DNA from: an uncultured cyanobacterium
GTDB taxonomy: Bacteria > Cyanobacteriota > Cyanobacteriia > PCC-9006 > JAAUQQ01
Reading direction: 5' to 3'
DNA: 64,000 nt
NCBI GenBank assembly: GCA_963718615.1
Contig: OY970368.1
Coordinates: 2,272,001-2,336,000 of the forward strand
The notes beneath the pieces are model-generated. The model searched no databases, was not told the DNA's origin, and was given only the letters and a program-made list of their open reading frames with translations. A program made the position numbers and the translations under genes. This document shows, one piece after another, positions 10,083-20,592 of the stretch (within the stretch, counting starts at the first letter, position 1; each line of letters begins with the position of its first letter).

Positions 10083-11462
10083 CTAAATCCAAGTCGTCAG
10101 CCACATCCGCAGCTTCAATCCCGTTTCAGTCAGGGGCAGTCCCAGATAAACGGGCATCCAGAAGAGAAAGGCGATCGCCACCATCCCCAAAAGCCCCAGG
10201 CCGACCCTCGGCCAACGGTCGCACCAAAAGGCTAACCCTAAGGCCCCAAAACAAGTCGCCCCCAGATGGTGATACATAAACGTACAGCGACTCACGAAGG
10301 CCCAGGGCAGCCAGTTTGCGCTGTAGTTGAGCAGGATGTAAGTGGCGATCGCCAGTTGTCCTTGACTGAGCAGGAGGGGAGCAGCCTTACATTGCGCTTC
10401 GATCTGCTGGCGGTCTTGCTGCTCTAGTCGCCAAAGCCAGCGTTGCCAGAGGCTCCAGATGAGGGTACCGAGGAGGAGGGCGATCGCCAAGGTCGACAGC
10501 CACCAAAGCAGCGGATTGCCCATGGCATGGACATCAAACCGCCAAACCCCATCCGTCGACTTACGAAAAAAGTAGGCGATGGGACGGAGCATCAATGGCC
10601 AACTCCACCAGGGAGAACAGTAGGGATGGACGGTTTTGCTATTTCCCCCCATTCCCTCATGAAACCCCAGCATTTGCTCATGGACTTTGATCAAACCCAC
10701 ATCGGTGTTGAACCGCAGATGGGGCAACCAGAGAATCCCGTAAACGATTGCTGGCATGAGCCAGAGCGCAATCAGCCCTTGCCAGAGGACCAGAGATGGC
10801 CGTCGGGCTTTGAGCTGAAACCAGAGCCAAGCCCCAATCCAGCCCAATCCAGGGACAAACCAATAGCCCAACCCATTCCATTTGACGGAGATACAGGCCC
10901 CGAAGCTGAGCCCAGCATTCATCAGCCAATGCCATCGTTCTGGAACGGGTGCGCGCAGGGCCTTGAGGACGCACCATTGACCCAGCAAACCCAAGGTCAC
11001 GAGATACACATGCAGTAGGGCAAACCGGGATTCCACCAGCAGAAACCCATCCGCCGCAATCAGAGCCCCCGCGATCAGGCCCAAACTGCGGCGACCGCTG
11101 AGCTGCCGTCCAATCCCAGCTACGAGGAGCGGAATCCAGGCCCCTACAAACCCATTCAGCCAGCGATAGCTAAGGGGCGAGAGCGAAACGCCCGCTGCTT
11201 CATTGCGGGGCTGGGCTCCAACAAAGATCAGGTTTTCACCCAGCCAAGTCCCTGCGGCAATGAGATATTTTCCCAGGGGCGGATGGGCGTCAAAAATCGG
11301 TTTTTGGGTCAGGTAGGCGTAGCCATATTTGACGTAGTAGATTTCGTCAAACACCAGTTCATTGAGGCGATCGAGCCGCCAGAGCCGCAGTACCAGAGAA
11401 ACACAGAACAACGCACCCAAACCCCAGGCGTACCAGTGACGGGAGAAAGCGTGAAGACGCAT
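10083..11462 (-). CDS. Phospholipid-carrier-dependent glycosyltransferase (protein O-mannosyltransferase family)
   Basis: VFDEIYY, FDAHPPLGKYLIA, ESRFALL, VKWNG, HPYCSPWWSWP, GNPLLWW and many TM segments. Confidence 0.9.
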   Translation of the reverse strand: MRLHAFSRHWYAWGLGALFCVSLVLRLWRLDRLNELVFDEIYYVKYGYAYLTQKPIFDAHPPLGKYLIAAGTWLGENLIFVGAQPRNEAAGVSLSPLSYRWLNGFVGAWIPLLVAGIGRQLSGRRSLGLIAGALIAADGFLLVESRFALLHVYLVTLGLLGQWCVLKALRAPVPERWHWLMNAGLSFGACISVKWNGLGYWFVPGLGWIGAWLWFQLKARRPSLVLWQGLIALWLMPAIVYGILWLPHLRFNTDVGLIKVHEQMLGFHEGMGGNSKTVHPYCSPWWSWPLMLRPIAYFFRKSTDGVWRFDVHAMGNPLLWWLSTLAIALLLGTLIWSLWQRWLWRLEQQDRQQIEAQCKAAPLLLSQGQLAIATYILLNYSANWLPWAFVSRCTFMYHHLGATCFGALGLAFWCDRWPRVGLGLLGMVAIAFLFWMPVYLGLPLTETGLKLRMWLTTWI

Positions 11463-11575
11463 AGCGGGACAGCCCAGAACCAATACGGATATATAGACAC
11501 AGAGAAGAGAATAGATCGGGATTGGGTGATTCAGATATGAGACGATCAAGCCTGTGGTTGTTCTAGGGTGATTGG

Positions 11576-12466
11576 GTGCTGACAGGAAAAGGGTTGAGCG
11601 GTTTGAAGTTAGCTTGCTTGTTGGGGCTAAGCTTCTGGTTAACGAGCTGTGCGCTGCTCCAGGATCTGGGCAGTTTGCGGTTGATGACGAGCCCCCATCT
11701 GATGCTGGGCAATCCTAGTGATGCCAGGACACGTTTGGGCCAACCCAATAACTATTTGATCCTCAAGCCTCAATTTGCGGTGTCCTATAATCGCGATCGC
11801 GGTATTCCCAATTGGGCCAGTTGGCAGCTCAACGCCAGTTGGCTCGGTCCGATCGAGCGTCAAAATAATTTTCGCGCTGACCCCAGTTTGCCGGAGGATT
11901 GGCCGCAGATTACGTCCCAGGATTATCGCGATCGCCGCTACGATCGGGGCCATTTGGTGCCTTCGGGCGATCGCACCGCCTCCGTGGCAGACAATGCCGC
12001 AACCTTTGTCTTTACCAACATCGTGCCCCAGGTACCGGGCAATAATCGGGGACCTTGGAGTGAGCTGGAGCAGTATTGCCGTCAGTTGGTGGGGCAGGGC
12101 CAGGAGTTGTATATTATCGCGGGAAGTTTGGGTCAACAGGGACGGATTGGCAGTGCCAAGGTGACGGTACCCAGCAGCGTTTGGAAGGTGATTGTGGTGA
12201 TGCCAGAACCAGGGCTATCGGCGGCGGATGTGACGGCTGCAACGCGGGTGATTGCCGTCAATATTCCCAATACGCCTTCGGTTGGCAGTCAGTCTTGGCG
12301 TCGGTTTGTGACGACGGTGGATGAAATTGAGGACTTGACGGGGTACGAGTTGCTGTCCAATGTCAATCAGGGGGTGCAGCGTGTGATTGAGGGGCAGAAG
12401 GATTTGCGATCGCTCCAGTCAATGCGGTTGGATGGGGATGGGGGAGGGCGATCGCGATTAAACTAA
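11576..12466 (+). CDS. DNA/RNA non-specific endonuclease (NucA-like), probable lipoprotein
   Basis: LGNPS, YDRGHLVPSGDR, ATFVFTNIVPQ, NRGPWSELE. Lipobox-like LTSC. Confidence 0.9.
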   Translation: MLTGKGLSGLKLACLLGLSFWLTSCALLQDLGSLRLMTSPHLMLGNPSDARTRLGQPNNYLILKPQFAVSYNRDRGIPNWASWQLNASWLGPIERQNNFRADPSLPEDWPQITSQDYRDRRYDRGHLVPSGDRTASVADNAATFVFTNIVPQVPGNNRGPWSELEQYCRQLVGQGQELYIIAGSLGQQGRIGSAKVTVPSSVWKVIVVMPEPGLSAADVTAATRVIAVNIPNTPSVGSQSWRRFVTTVDEIEDLTGYELLSNVNQGVQRVIEGQKDLRSLQSMRLDGDGGGRSRLN

Positions 12467-12544
12467 AAGAATCTCGAAAAGAATCTCGAAAAGAACCCCG
12501 AAAAGAGCCTCAAACGTCCCAATCAGCCACCCCCATCAGCCCTC

Positions 12545-13105
12545 ATGGTTTCTGTTGTTGCGTCTCCGCTCACCCTCGCAGAATATTTGGCCCGTCCTGA
12601 AAGCTGTGGCCGCTACGAATTGATTGACGGAGCCCTTGTCCCCAAAATGTCCCCTAAGCGATTTCATTCTCGGACTCAGCGCGCCTTTCTCTACCTGCTG
12701 GATGGGTGGGGAGAGGACCTCGGAGAAGTGGGTGTGGAATGGTCTGTGATTTTGGAGAAGGATGGGCAAGCCTGGGTGCCAGTGCCTGATCTGCTGTTTG
12801 TGTTTAACGAACGCTTGCCAGCGGATTTGGGGGATGAAGCTTGTTCGGTGGCCCCCGATTTGGTGATTGAGATTATTTCACCGGGGCAAACCTTTGGTGA
12901 AATGGCTGAAAAAGCAGTGGATTATGTATCAGCAGGGGTCGCGCGAGTTTGGATGGTGGATTCCCAGGCGCAGACCATTACGGTGTTTGCTGCCAACGCG
13001 ATGCCGGTGACCTATCGGGGCGATCGCCTACTCTCAGATGGACAATTTCCAGGGTTGGAATTGACTGCTGCACAAGTGTTTCAGCGAGCCGGGTTAGCGT
13101 CTTGA
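12545..13105 (+). CDS. Uma2 family endonuclease
   Basis: YELIDG, MSPKRFH, VPDLLFV, APDLVIEIISP, EKAVDYVSAGV..VWMVD. Confidence 0.9.
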   Translation: MVSVVASPLTLAEYLARPESCGRYELIDGALVPKMSPKRFHSRTQRAFLYLLDGWGEDLGEVGVEWSVILEKDGQAWVPVPDLLFVFNERLPADLGDEACSVAPDLVIEIISPGQTFGEMAEKAVDYVSAGVARVWMVDSQAQTITVFAANAMPVTYRGDRLLSDGQFPGLELTAAQVFQRAGLAS

Positions 13106-14073
13106 GTTCGGCAAAACCAAAACTCTTAATCACCGGGGCCAGCGGTTTTCTCGGTACTTGGCTAGCAGACCTCGCCCTAGCGAACTGGCAGGTCTATGGC
13201 ACCCATCGGCATCCCCTTGGGGCCGATTTGGGGGCCGGTCTCCCCGGATTAACTTGGATGCAAGCGGATTTAGCCGATGCTGAGGCCGTGGCTGAGCTGT
13301 TGGATCGCCTGCAGCCCGATGGGATCGCCCACCTCGCCGCCCAAGCCAACACCACGATCTGTCAACAGGACCCCGAGGGCACCTACGGCATTAATGTGCG
13401 GATTCCGGAGGCGATCGCCCGTGAATGTCGCGATCGCCAAATTCCCCTCCTGTTTACCTCCACGGGCATGGTGTTTGGGGGCGATCGCCCTCCCTATGCC
13501 GAAACCGATCCGGTCAACCCCCTCAATGTCTACGCCCAGCAAAAGGTGGAAGCAGAGCAGCGGGTGTTGGCGGTTTATCCCCAGGCGATCGTCGCGCGCC
13601 TGCCGCTAATGTTCAGCTTGACCCCATCTCGCCTCGGCACCGTGGCCCCGCGCAATTTCATGGCCAACCTTGATGAGGCCCTGCGTCAGAGACAACCGGT
13701 GCAGTTGTTTACGGATGAAATTCGTTCTCCGGTGAGTGCGGCGGTGGCGGCGGCGGGATTGCGGCTGGCGCTGGATTGGGCCAGGACGGGACGTCATCGG
13801 GGGTTAGTGCATTTGGGGGGGCGATCGCCTGTGTCTCGCTATGACCTCGGGGTGTTGTTGGCCCAAGTGCGGGGCTATGCCACCGACGTAATCCAGCCCT
13901 GTCGCCAATCTGAGGTGATCCTGCCTGCTCTTCGGCCCCAGAACGTGACGCTCGATAGCACGTTAGCCTTTTCCCTCGGTTATGATCCACCGGAGCTCCT
14001 GGATCAATTGCAGGCTCCATCGGTTAGGTTCTCAAGCGATCAGGCCGATCAGAGAGGGCTGGGTCTTTCCTGA
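13102..14073 (+). CDS. Extended SDR / RmlD-like NAD(P)-dependent oxidoreductase
   Basis: LLITGASGFLG, HLAA, PVNPLNVYAQQK, LFTDEIRSPV. The TTG start overlaps the Uma2 stop. Confidence 0.85.
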   Translation: MSSAKPKLLITGASGFLGTWLADLALANWQVYGTHRHPLGADLGAGLPGLTWMQADLADAEAVAELLDRLQPDGIAHLAAQANTTICQQDPEGTYGINVRIPEAIARECRDRQIPLLFTSTGMVFGGDRPPYAETDPVNPLNVYAQQKVEAEQRVLAVYPQAIVARLPLMFSLTPSRLGTVAPRNFMANLDEALRQRQPVQLFTDEIRSPVSAAVAAAGLRLALDWARTGRHRGLVHLGGRSPVSRYDLGVLLAQVRGYATDVIQPCRQSEVILPALRPQNVTLDSTLAFSLGYDPPELLDQLQAPSVRFSSDQADQRGLGLS

Positions 14074-14174
14074 GCCAAAACTGGACGGGCCAGGGCATAC
14101 TAAAGAGCAATTATCGCGACTCTTTACTCTGTTATTGCTGTTCTGTTATTGCTGTATCGCTGAACATAATTTCT

Positions 14175-14819
14175 ATGCTAACCGCCCAACTCCCTGAATC
14201 CTTGCAAACTCTCCTTCAGGAGCAGCCTAAATTTCACGCGATTTATCACGATACCAAGCTGATTGAGGCGGATTGCTGCAACTGGGCGATCGACACCCCG
14301 ATCCTAGAATGGATTAGCAAGCATGTGAAACCAGAGTTCAAAACCTTAGAAACCGGCTGTGGCTATTCTTCCGTTGCCTTTATCGTGGCCGGGGCGGAGC
14401 ATACCGTGCTGTCGCCGATCGCCGCCGAACACGAAGCCATCCAGCGCTGGTGCGCCACCCAGGGGATCGACCTGGGCCGGGTGACGTTCCTGGCTCAAGC
14501 CTCCCAGGATGTAGTTCACAGCATGGCCCCAACGCCCCTGGATGTGGTCTTGATCGATGGCAACCATGCCTTCCCGACGCCCTTTATCGACTGGTATTAC
14601 ACCGCTGAACGGGTGCGAGAGGGGGGATATGTATTGGTGGATGATACGCAGATTATTACCGGTAAAATTCTCAAAGACTTCCTCGCCATGGAAGCTGGAC
14701 GGTGGGCCTTGGCCGCAGAGTTTGGCAAAACTGCGGTGTTTCAACGGGTAACGTCGGAATCCGTGACGCGGGGGTTTTGGTGGGGCAAACAACCCTACTG
14801 TCAAGAAATTCAGGAATAA
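14175..14819 (+). CDS. Class I SAM-dependent methyltransferase (Methyltransf_24-like)
   Basis: TLETGCGYSS, DVVLIDGNH, GGYVLVDD. Confidence 0.8.
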   Translation: MLTAQLPESLQTLLQEQPKFHAIYHDTKLIEADCCNWAIDTPILEWISKHVKPEFKTLETGCGYSSVAFIVAGAEHTVLSPIAAEHEAIQRWCATQGIDLGRVTFLAQASQDVVHSMAPTPLDVVLIDGNHAFPTPFIDWYYTAERVREGGYVLVDDTQIITGKILKDFLAMEAGRWALAAEFGKTAVFQRVTSESVTRGFWWGKQPYCQEIQE

Positions 14820-14822
14820 ACT

Positions 14823-15887
14823 GTGGATAATCCCGTTGCTCGTTCCGCCCAAACCCAGGCTCGGAAAGCTGATCACATTCGCATTTGTTTGCAAGATGAC
14901 ATCGAATGTCAAACCATTACCACGGGATTTGAGCAATATCGGTTTCAGCATTGTTGTTTACCGGATGTGGATTTTCAGGCCATCGATCTGGCGACGACGT
15001 TTTTGGGCAAACCCCTCGGGGCACCGCTGCTGATTTCCTCCATGACCGGGGGAACGGAACAGGCGCGGCAAATCAACTACGCTTTGGCGGAGGTGGCGCA
15101 AACCTATGGCTTGGCTATGGGGGTGGGATCACAGCGGGTGGCGGTGGAAAATCCGGCGTTGATGAAGACGTTTGATGTGCGGGCGATCGCCCCAGATATT
15201 TTCCTCTGCGCCAATCTCGGGGCGGTGCAGCTTAACTATCGCTATGGGGTTGATGAATGTCGGCGGCTGGTGGATGACCTAGAGGCCGATGCGCTGATTT
15301 TGCATCTCAACCCGCTCCAGGAGTGTATTCAGCCTCGGGGAGATACGAATTTTAAGGGGTTGGCGCGGCACATCGAAATGCTGTGTCAACAACTGCCGAT
15401 CCCCGTGGTGGCGAAGGAAGTGGGCAACGGTATTTCTGGGCCGATGGCGCGGCGGTTGCTGGACTTGGGGATCAGCGCCATTGACGTGGCCGGGGCGGGG
15501 GGGACTTCCTGGGCCAAGGTGGAAAGCGAGCGGGCGGATAATGAACTCCAGCGGCAACTCGGGCTGACCTTTGCAGATTGGGGGATTCCCACGGCGGATT
15601 GTTTGGTGCAGGTGCGGCAGCTTGCCCCAGCGGTGCCGCTGATTGCCTCCGGGGGGATTCGAGATGGGGTGGAGGGGGCGAAGGCGATCGCCCTCGGTGC
15701 CGATCTGGTGGGGATGGCCAGACCGTTTTTACAAGCGGCCTGCGATTCTCCCCTGGCCCTCCAAGAAAAAGTCGAGCTGCTGTTCGCAGAGCTTAAAACG
15801 GTGTTGTTTTGCACCAACCATGCCACACCGGCTGAATTGAAGCAGACAAAAGCCCTTGGGCGAATTGGACCCCATTGGAACGCCTAA
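14823..15887 (+). CDS. fni: Type 2 isopentenyl-diphosphate delta-isomerase
   Basis: [50 protein letters not shown]. Confidence 0.95.
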   Translation: MDNPVARSAQTQARKADHIRICLQDDIECQTITTGFEQYRFQHCCLPDVDFQAIDLATTFLGKPLGAPLLISSMTGGTEQARQINYALAEVAQTYGLAMGVGSQRVAVENPALMKTFDVRAIAPDIFLCANLGAVQLNYRYGVDECRRLVDDLEADALILHLNPLQECIQPRGDTNFKGLARHIEMLCQQLPIPVVAKEVGNGISGPMARRLLDLGISAIDVAGAGGTSWAKVESERADNELQRQLGLTFADWGIPTADCLVQVRQLAPAVPLIASGGIRDGVEGAKAIALGADLVGMARPFLQAACDSPLALQEKVELLFAELKTVLFCTNHATPAELKQTKALGRIGPHWNA

Positions 15888-15989
15888 ATGTCAGGAAAAC
15901 TAGATATGAAATTCTTCTTAAAAGGGGATGACATCGACTTTCTTGGCTAAGAATAGTAGAAGAATTGATTGCTCAGGCGGGGGGCTACG

Positions 15990-16583
15990 ATGGCGTATGT
16001 GTGTGAACTGGGTGCGGGTCAAAAGGTGTATTTGGACAATCAAGGTCCTCAAACCTTGCTGACCGTGAGTACCAGTACCCCTGGCCAGCAGCAGCAGGCC
16101 AGCAGCATGTTTCAAACCGGCGCTTGGACGGTTCCTCCTGTGGCGTTTGTGGCGGGACGGGGCGTCCTGCTGAAGGTTACGACGGCCCAGGGTGAAGCGT
16201 TTATTCAAGTCCAGGGCAATAGCACAAGCTTGATGGTGGGGTCGCCCAATACTGCGAGTTTGGAGGGATTAGCACTGCAATCCGTGGCGACGATGCCAGG
16301 GATGCAGCCGATGCAGCCCATGGAACCGATGCAGCCGATGCAACCCATGCAGCCCATGCAGCCCATGGACATGGGCAATATGCAGATGAATCTGAATCCC
16401 ATGGAAATGCGCATGGGCAATATGCAGATGCGCATGGGAGATTCGGCTCGGCCTGCGGCGGCGAATGAAGTTGCCGATGCATCTCCAGCTAGCGGAAAGA
16501 CTCGGAAATTCTGTAGCCAGTGCGGTAGCCAGATTGAAGCGACGGATCGGTTTTGTAGTAGCTGTGGACATCAGCTGCAATAA
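15990..16583 (+). CDS. Zinc-ribbon protein with Met-rich PMQ repeat linker
   Basis: C-terminal FCSQCG...FCSSCGHQL. Tandem 9-bp units encode (PMQ/PME)n at about 16299-16370. Confidence 0.8.
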   Translation: MAYVCELGAGQKVYLDNQGPQTLLTVSTSTPGQQQQASSMFQTGAWTVPPVAFVAGRGVLLKVTTAQGEAFIQVQGNSTSLMVGSPNTASLEGLALQSVATMPGMQPMQPMEPMQPMQPMQPMQPMDMGNMQMNLNPMEMRMGNMQMRMGDSARPAAANEVADASPASGKTRKFCSQCGSQIEATDRFCSSCGHQLQ

Positions 16584-16585
16584 GT

Positions 16586-19051
16586 TTGGGCAAGAATTTA
16601 GGCTGCAATCAATCAAGGGTGCAAGATCGAGTGACACAATTTGATTTAAAGACTCCAACGGTAACTTCGGTGGCTGGGGTGACCACAGCGGAGGTGGCAA
16701 CAACTGAGGTGACAACAACTGAGTCGACCTTGTCTGCATGGGAATCCGCGCTTTCCAGCTCTTTGCTGGATGCCTTAGGCCATCGCATTGACCAACAGCT
16801 CCAAGCTCAGCAAGTGGGTCTCATGATGGGGGGGGAACCGACGTTTGTGGCGCGGGATCAGCTGCATTTGGCTCAGTGGCAAACGGTTGCCCTGGGGCCA
16901 GAGAAGCGATCGCTTGCAGAACGGTTGCTGTGGGAACTGTGCGATCGCCTCCAGATTCCCCATGCCCTACGCCACAGCGGCATTGGCAAACAATATCCCG
17001 GAGAAGGGGAGCCGCGCTGGTCCTTGGGCTGTTACTGGCGGCAGGATGGTCAGCCCCTCTGGCGAGATACCCGCTGGTTGGCGAAACCCTCTGGTTCAGC
17101 GCCGGAGCCGGAAATAACAGAAAACCAGGTCCAATCCGATTTGTCGCGTCTGTTTATGGAGGCCTTGGTGCAGTCCCTCGGGATCGCTCCCCAGCGGATT
17201 ATTGCGGCCTACGAGGCGGAGGCGGAAACGCCAACGGGCTATGTCTTGCCGCTCTTAGCGGTCGTTCCTCCATCACAGGCCATTGATTCTGCCTGCTGGG
17301 CAAGCTGTTCCTGGACCTTTGCGCCAGCCTATCGACCTCAGCCGGAAACTGCCGACCCGTTCACGGGGGTAGTTCTGTTGGCAACAACGGGGCCTGTGGG
17401 GCTGCGCTTGCCGCTGCACGGACTGCCTGAGGTTGAGACATGGGTGGATGAAGTGGATGCGGCGTTAACGGCGGCACCGATCGCCAGCGCCCCCACCCCG
17501 GTTGCACTCCCCGATAACAGCATTCGCATTGCCCTGGCGGTGGAACTGCGGGCGGATGAGCTCTGTGTCTTTTTGCCGCCCCTGAGTTCCGCCCGAGGGT
17601 TTGTGGATTTGCTGGCCCAGGTGGAGGCGATCGCCACTCGTCTCCAAGTTCCCGTTCGGATTGAGGGCTATGTCCCCCCTCGCAGCAGCGGCATTGAGGG
17701 CTTTCAAATTACGCCGGATCCGGGGGTGATCGAAGTTAATATTCACCCTGCGGCCACTTGGGCTGAGCTGAGCCAGATCAGCAACGCGCTCTACGGGGCG
17801 GCGACGGCCTGCGGTCTCATGGCCTACAAATATGCCAACGATGGTCGTTTAATTCCCACGGGCGGTGGCTCGCATATTACCCTAGGTGGGGTCTCAACCC
17901 AGACAAGTCCGCTGTTGCGTCGCCCGGATTTGCTGCGCAGTTTTATCAGCTACTGGCAAAATCATCCCAGCTTGAGCTATCTGTTTGCAGGGTTGTTTGT
18001 CGGACCCACGAGCCAAGCTCCCCGTGTGGATGAAGCCCGCCATGAAACCCTCTATGAACTAGAGATTGCCTTTCAAGCGATTCAATCTCATCAATCCTTA
18101 GAACCAGCGGTGCTCGATCGCCTCCTGGGTAATTTGTTGATTGATGTAACCGGAAATACCCATCGAGCGGCCTTTTGTATCGACAAGCTGTTCCCGGTGA
18201 ACAATCCGCGCTTGCAATTGGGATTGCTGGAATTTCGCTTTTTTGCTATGCCGCCGCTGGCCTGGATGCAGTTGTTAGAGCTACTACTAATTCGAGCCTT
18301 TGTCGCTTGGTTTTGGCAACATCCCTACACCCAGACCCTCCAGCGCTGGGGCACAACCCTGCACGATCGCTTCTTTTTACCCTACTACATTGCCCAGGAC
18401 TTCCAAGGGGTTTTAGCCGATTTACGCAGCGCCGGATATGACTTTGACTGGACCTGGTTTGAACCGCTGCTGGACTTTCGCTTTCCCCTCTATGGGTGCT
18501 TGGAGATCCCCCTCGACTCCGGCCCCCCCTTATCGCTGGAATTGCGCCATGCCCTAGAAATTTGGCCGGTGCTGGGGGAAGACGCTAGCACTGGCAATAC
18601 ATCTCGTGCGGTTGATTCTTCCATGGAGCGGCTCCAGGTGATGCTGCGGGGCGGTTCGTCCGAGCATCAGGTGCTGTGTAATGGCCAATGTGTCCCCCTG
18701 GTTCCCGTTGAGAATGCGCAAGTTGAGAATGCGCAAGCCTGGGTGGGTGGAGTGAGGTTTCGGGCACGACGTTTGGGCTCTATGCTCAATCCCTTTGTGG
18801 ATCCCCATGCTCCGCTGCGGTTCGAAGTAGTTGATCGTTCAACCCAGACGGTTTTAGGGGTTTGCTTTTACCATGCCGATGGGCCGAGCGGAGAGCCCTA
18901 TTGGACGATTCCCCAGGATGAAGCTGAGGCGCGATCGCGACGTCAAGCTTCTTTTCACACAGGAGAAATCACAGAATTATTTCGCTCTATTCCTCCCCTC
19001 AAACAGCATTCAGAGTATCCTTTATCCTTGGATTTGCGCTGGCAAGATTGA
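16586..19051 (+). CDS. DUF2126 (transglutaminase-associated putative amidoligase) protein
   Basis: MGGEPTFV, GKQYPGE..PRW, ITPDPGVIEVNIHP, TGGGSHITLGG, WQNHPSLSYLF, GPTSQAPRVDE, GNTHRA, EYPLSLDLR. Start codon uncertain. Confidence 0.85.
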   Translation: MGKNLGCNQSRVQDRVTQFDLKTPTVTSVAGVTTAEVATTEVTTTESTLSAWESALSSSLLDALGHRIDQQLQAQQVGLMMGGEPTFVARDQLHLAQWQTVALGPEKRSLAERLLWELCDRLQIPHALRHSGIGKQYPGEGEPRWSLGCYWRQDGQPLWRDTRWLAKPSGSAPEPEITENQVQSDLSRLFMEALVQSLGIAPQRIIAAYEAEAETPTGYVLPLLAVVPPSQAIDSACWASCSWTFAPAYRPQPETADPFTGVVLLATTGPVGLRLPLHGLPEVETWVDEVDAALTAAPIASAPTPVALPDNSIRIALAVELRADELCVFLPPLSSARGFVDLLAQVEAIATRLQVPVRIEGYVPPRSSGIEGFQITPDPGVIEVNIHPAATWAELSQISNALYGAATACGLMAYKYANDGRLIPTGGGSHITLGGVSTQTSPLLRRPDLLRSFISYWQNHPSLSYLFAGLFVGPTSQAPRVDEARHETLYELEIAFQAIQSHQSLEPAVLDRLLGNLLIDVTGNTHRAAFCIDKLFPVNNPRLQLGLLEFRFFAMPPLAWMQLLELLLIRAFVAWFWQHPYTQTLQRWGTTLHDRFFLPYYIAQDFQGVLADLRSAGYDFDWTWFEPLLDFRFPLYGCLEIPLDSGPPLSLELRHALEIWPVLGEDASTGNTSRAVDSSMERLQVMLRGGSSEHQVLCNGQCVPLVPVENAQVENAQAWVGGVRFRARRLGSMLNPFVDPHAPLRFEVVDRSTQTVLGVCFYHADGPSGEPYWTIPQDEAEARSRRQASFHTGEITELFRSIPPLKQHSEYPLSLDLRWQD

Positions 19052-19122
19052 GAAAGCTCATCGCTAATGACCCAAGGGCTAGTGACTTCATATATCCTGC
19101 ATTGCAGATTATAGTCAGGAGA

Positions 19123-20430
19123 TTATAGCCAGGTGCGTCCTTCTTGGATACCATATTCGATATAGTGACGGGTTGCTGCACCGAGATCGTTACCAAAAAC
19201 AGCCCGTAAATCGGCATATCTATTGAGATAGGCTGTTGCATCAAAGGTCTGTGTCGCTCGTCCTTCCGATGCCCCATAGTAAACATAGTGTTGGGTTACC
19301 GCTGTCAAGTTGTACCCGAAAAATTGGATTAAATCTGGATTGGAGGCTAAGTATCGTCCTTCATCAAAGTGATCTAAGCTACGTCCTTCTGCATGGCCAA
19401 ATTGAATGTAGTGCTGTGTTGCAGCTAGGAGATTGCTACCAAATACAGCTCGTAAATCAGCATGGGAGGCGAGGTAACTGAGTTCATCAAAGCTGTCACG
19501 CGATCGCCCTTCAAACAAACCATAGTTGTTGTAGTGTTGCGTGAATGCTGTGGGGTTAAAACCAAATACTTGGATCAGATCTGGATGGGAGGCACCGTAC
19601 TGAAAGGGATCGATAGGACCCACCACTTGAGAGCCTGGATCCAATGCTAAATCCACCTTGACATTTTGGTTGCCAATGGTCACTGATTTTTGAACACTTT
19701 GACTTAAGCTAGGACTGGAAAATGTTATGGTATAAGAGCCTGCTCCTAAGGCAAGTTGATAGCCACCTGATGCGAAAGTTTGGGTCGTAAAATGCTGCCC
19801 ATCGGAACGAACTGCATCCACAACAACTTGATTGAGTCCTTCCCCTACGGAATAGAAATCGTCGTCTAAAACCGAATCATAAAACGCAACCCCTGTGAGA
19901 AAAACAGCACTGCCAGAAACTGCGTAGTTTTGAGTGGTCATCAGGGCATTGTATGTTACCCCATTACTGCTAAAAAGCCCTTGAACTGCTCCAATTCCAA
20001 TTTCCCGAAAGTTGTCAGCTAAAATATTTTTACGATGCTCAGGGCTGAGAAAAAGCCCTTGGTTCGCTGCTGTAATCGTAGCTGTGAGGTTGAGCGCACC
20101 TGTGCTGCCTTCCCAAGCCAAGTTTTCGCCGGACCCCCAAACTCCTGTAAACGAGTATCCCGCTTGTTGCATACGAGTTGTCGCATTGCTTCCCCCAGTA
20201 CCGGTATGAGAAAAGACATCATTGTCGAGCATCCACTGGCTGTGACTCCGTGCAGAAGCCATTAAGTGAACATTAAATGCCAACGGTTGCTTTGCGGTAC
20301 TAGAAAGAGTCCCGGCACTCAACCCTTGATTGAGACTGATGCCGTAACGGCTAGCTTCTGCACTCGGATTGGCTCGCGCTCGATTCACCAGTTCTAGTAG
20401 ATATTGCTCTTGGGAGGTGGGCTGAACCAT
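19123..20430 (-). CDS. CAP/SCP-domain protein with four C-terminal ~41-aa repeats
   Basis: EQYLLELVNRAR, HSQWM, FSHTG, GENLA, SPEHRKNIL, EIGIG. Repeats FDxxxYLASxxDL...HY..YG..EGR. Confidence 0.85.
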   Translation of the reverse strand: MVQPTSQEQYLLELVNRARANPSAEASRYGISLNQGLSAGTLSSTAKQPLAFNVHLMASARSHSQWMLDNDVFSHTGTGGSNATTRMQQAGYSFTGVWGSGENLAWEGSTGALNLTATITAANQGLFLSPEHRKNILADNFREIGIGAVQGLFSSNGVTYNALMTTQNYAVSGSAVFLTGVAFYDSVLDDDFYSVGEGLNQVVVDAVRSDGQHFTTQTFASGGYQLALGAGSYTITFSSPSLSQSVQKSVTIGNQNVKVDLALDPGSQVVGPIDPFQYGASHPDLIQVFGFNPTAFTQHYNNYGLFEGRSRDSFDELSYLASHADLRAVFGSNLLAATQHYIQFGHAEGRSLDHFDEGRYLASNPDLIQFFGYNLTAVTQHYVYYGASEGRATQTFDATAYLNRYADLRAVFGNDLGAATRHYIEYGIQEGRTWL

Positions 20431-20592
20431 GGGATTCTTTCCTGCGGTGCTAAGCTAGCAGTCGGCGGTTGTCGTCAATTATTGGCTACACCTGACACCA
20501 TCTCGATTCCGCATAGTCGCTAGACTTGCATTGAACCCATTGGTGTAAAACCATTGGCTGCAAAACAGCTCAATAGGATTCTGTCGATCTTT

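Noticed and set aside
12949-13101. N-terminal extension of the RmlD-like ORF
   Set aside because: It overlaps Uma2 in another frame; the Rossmann motif begins right after TTG 13102.
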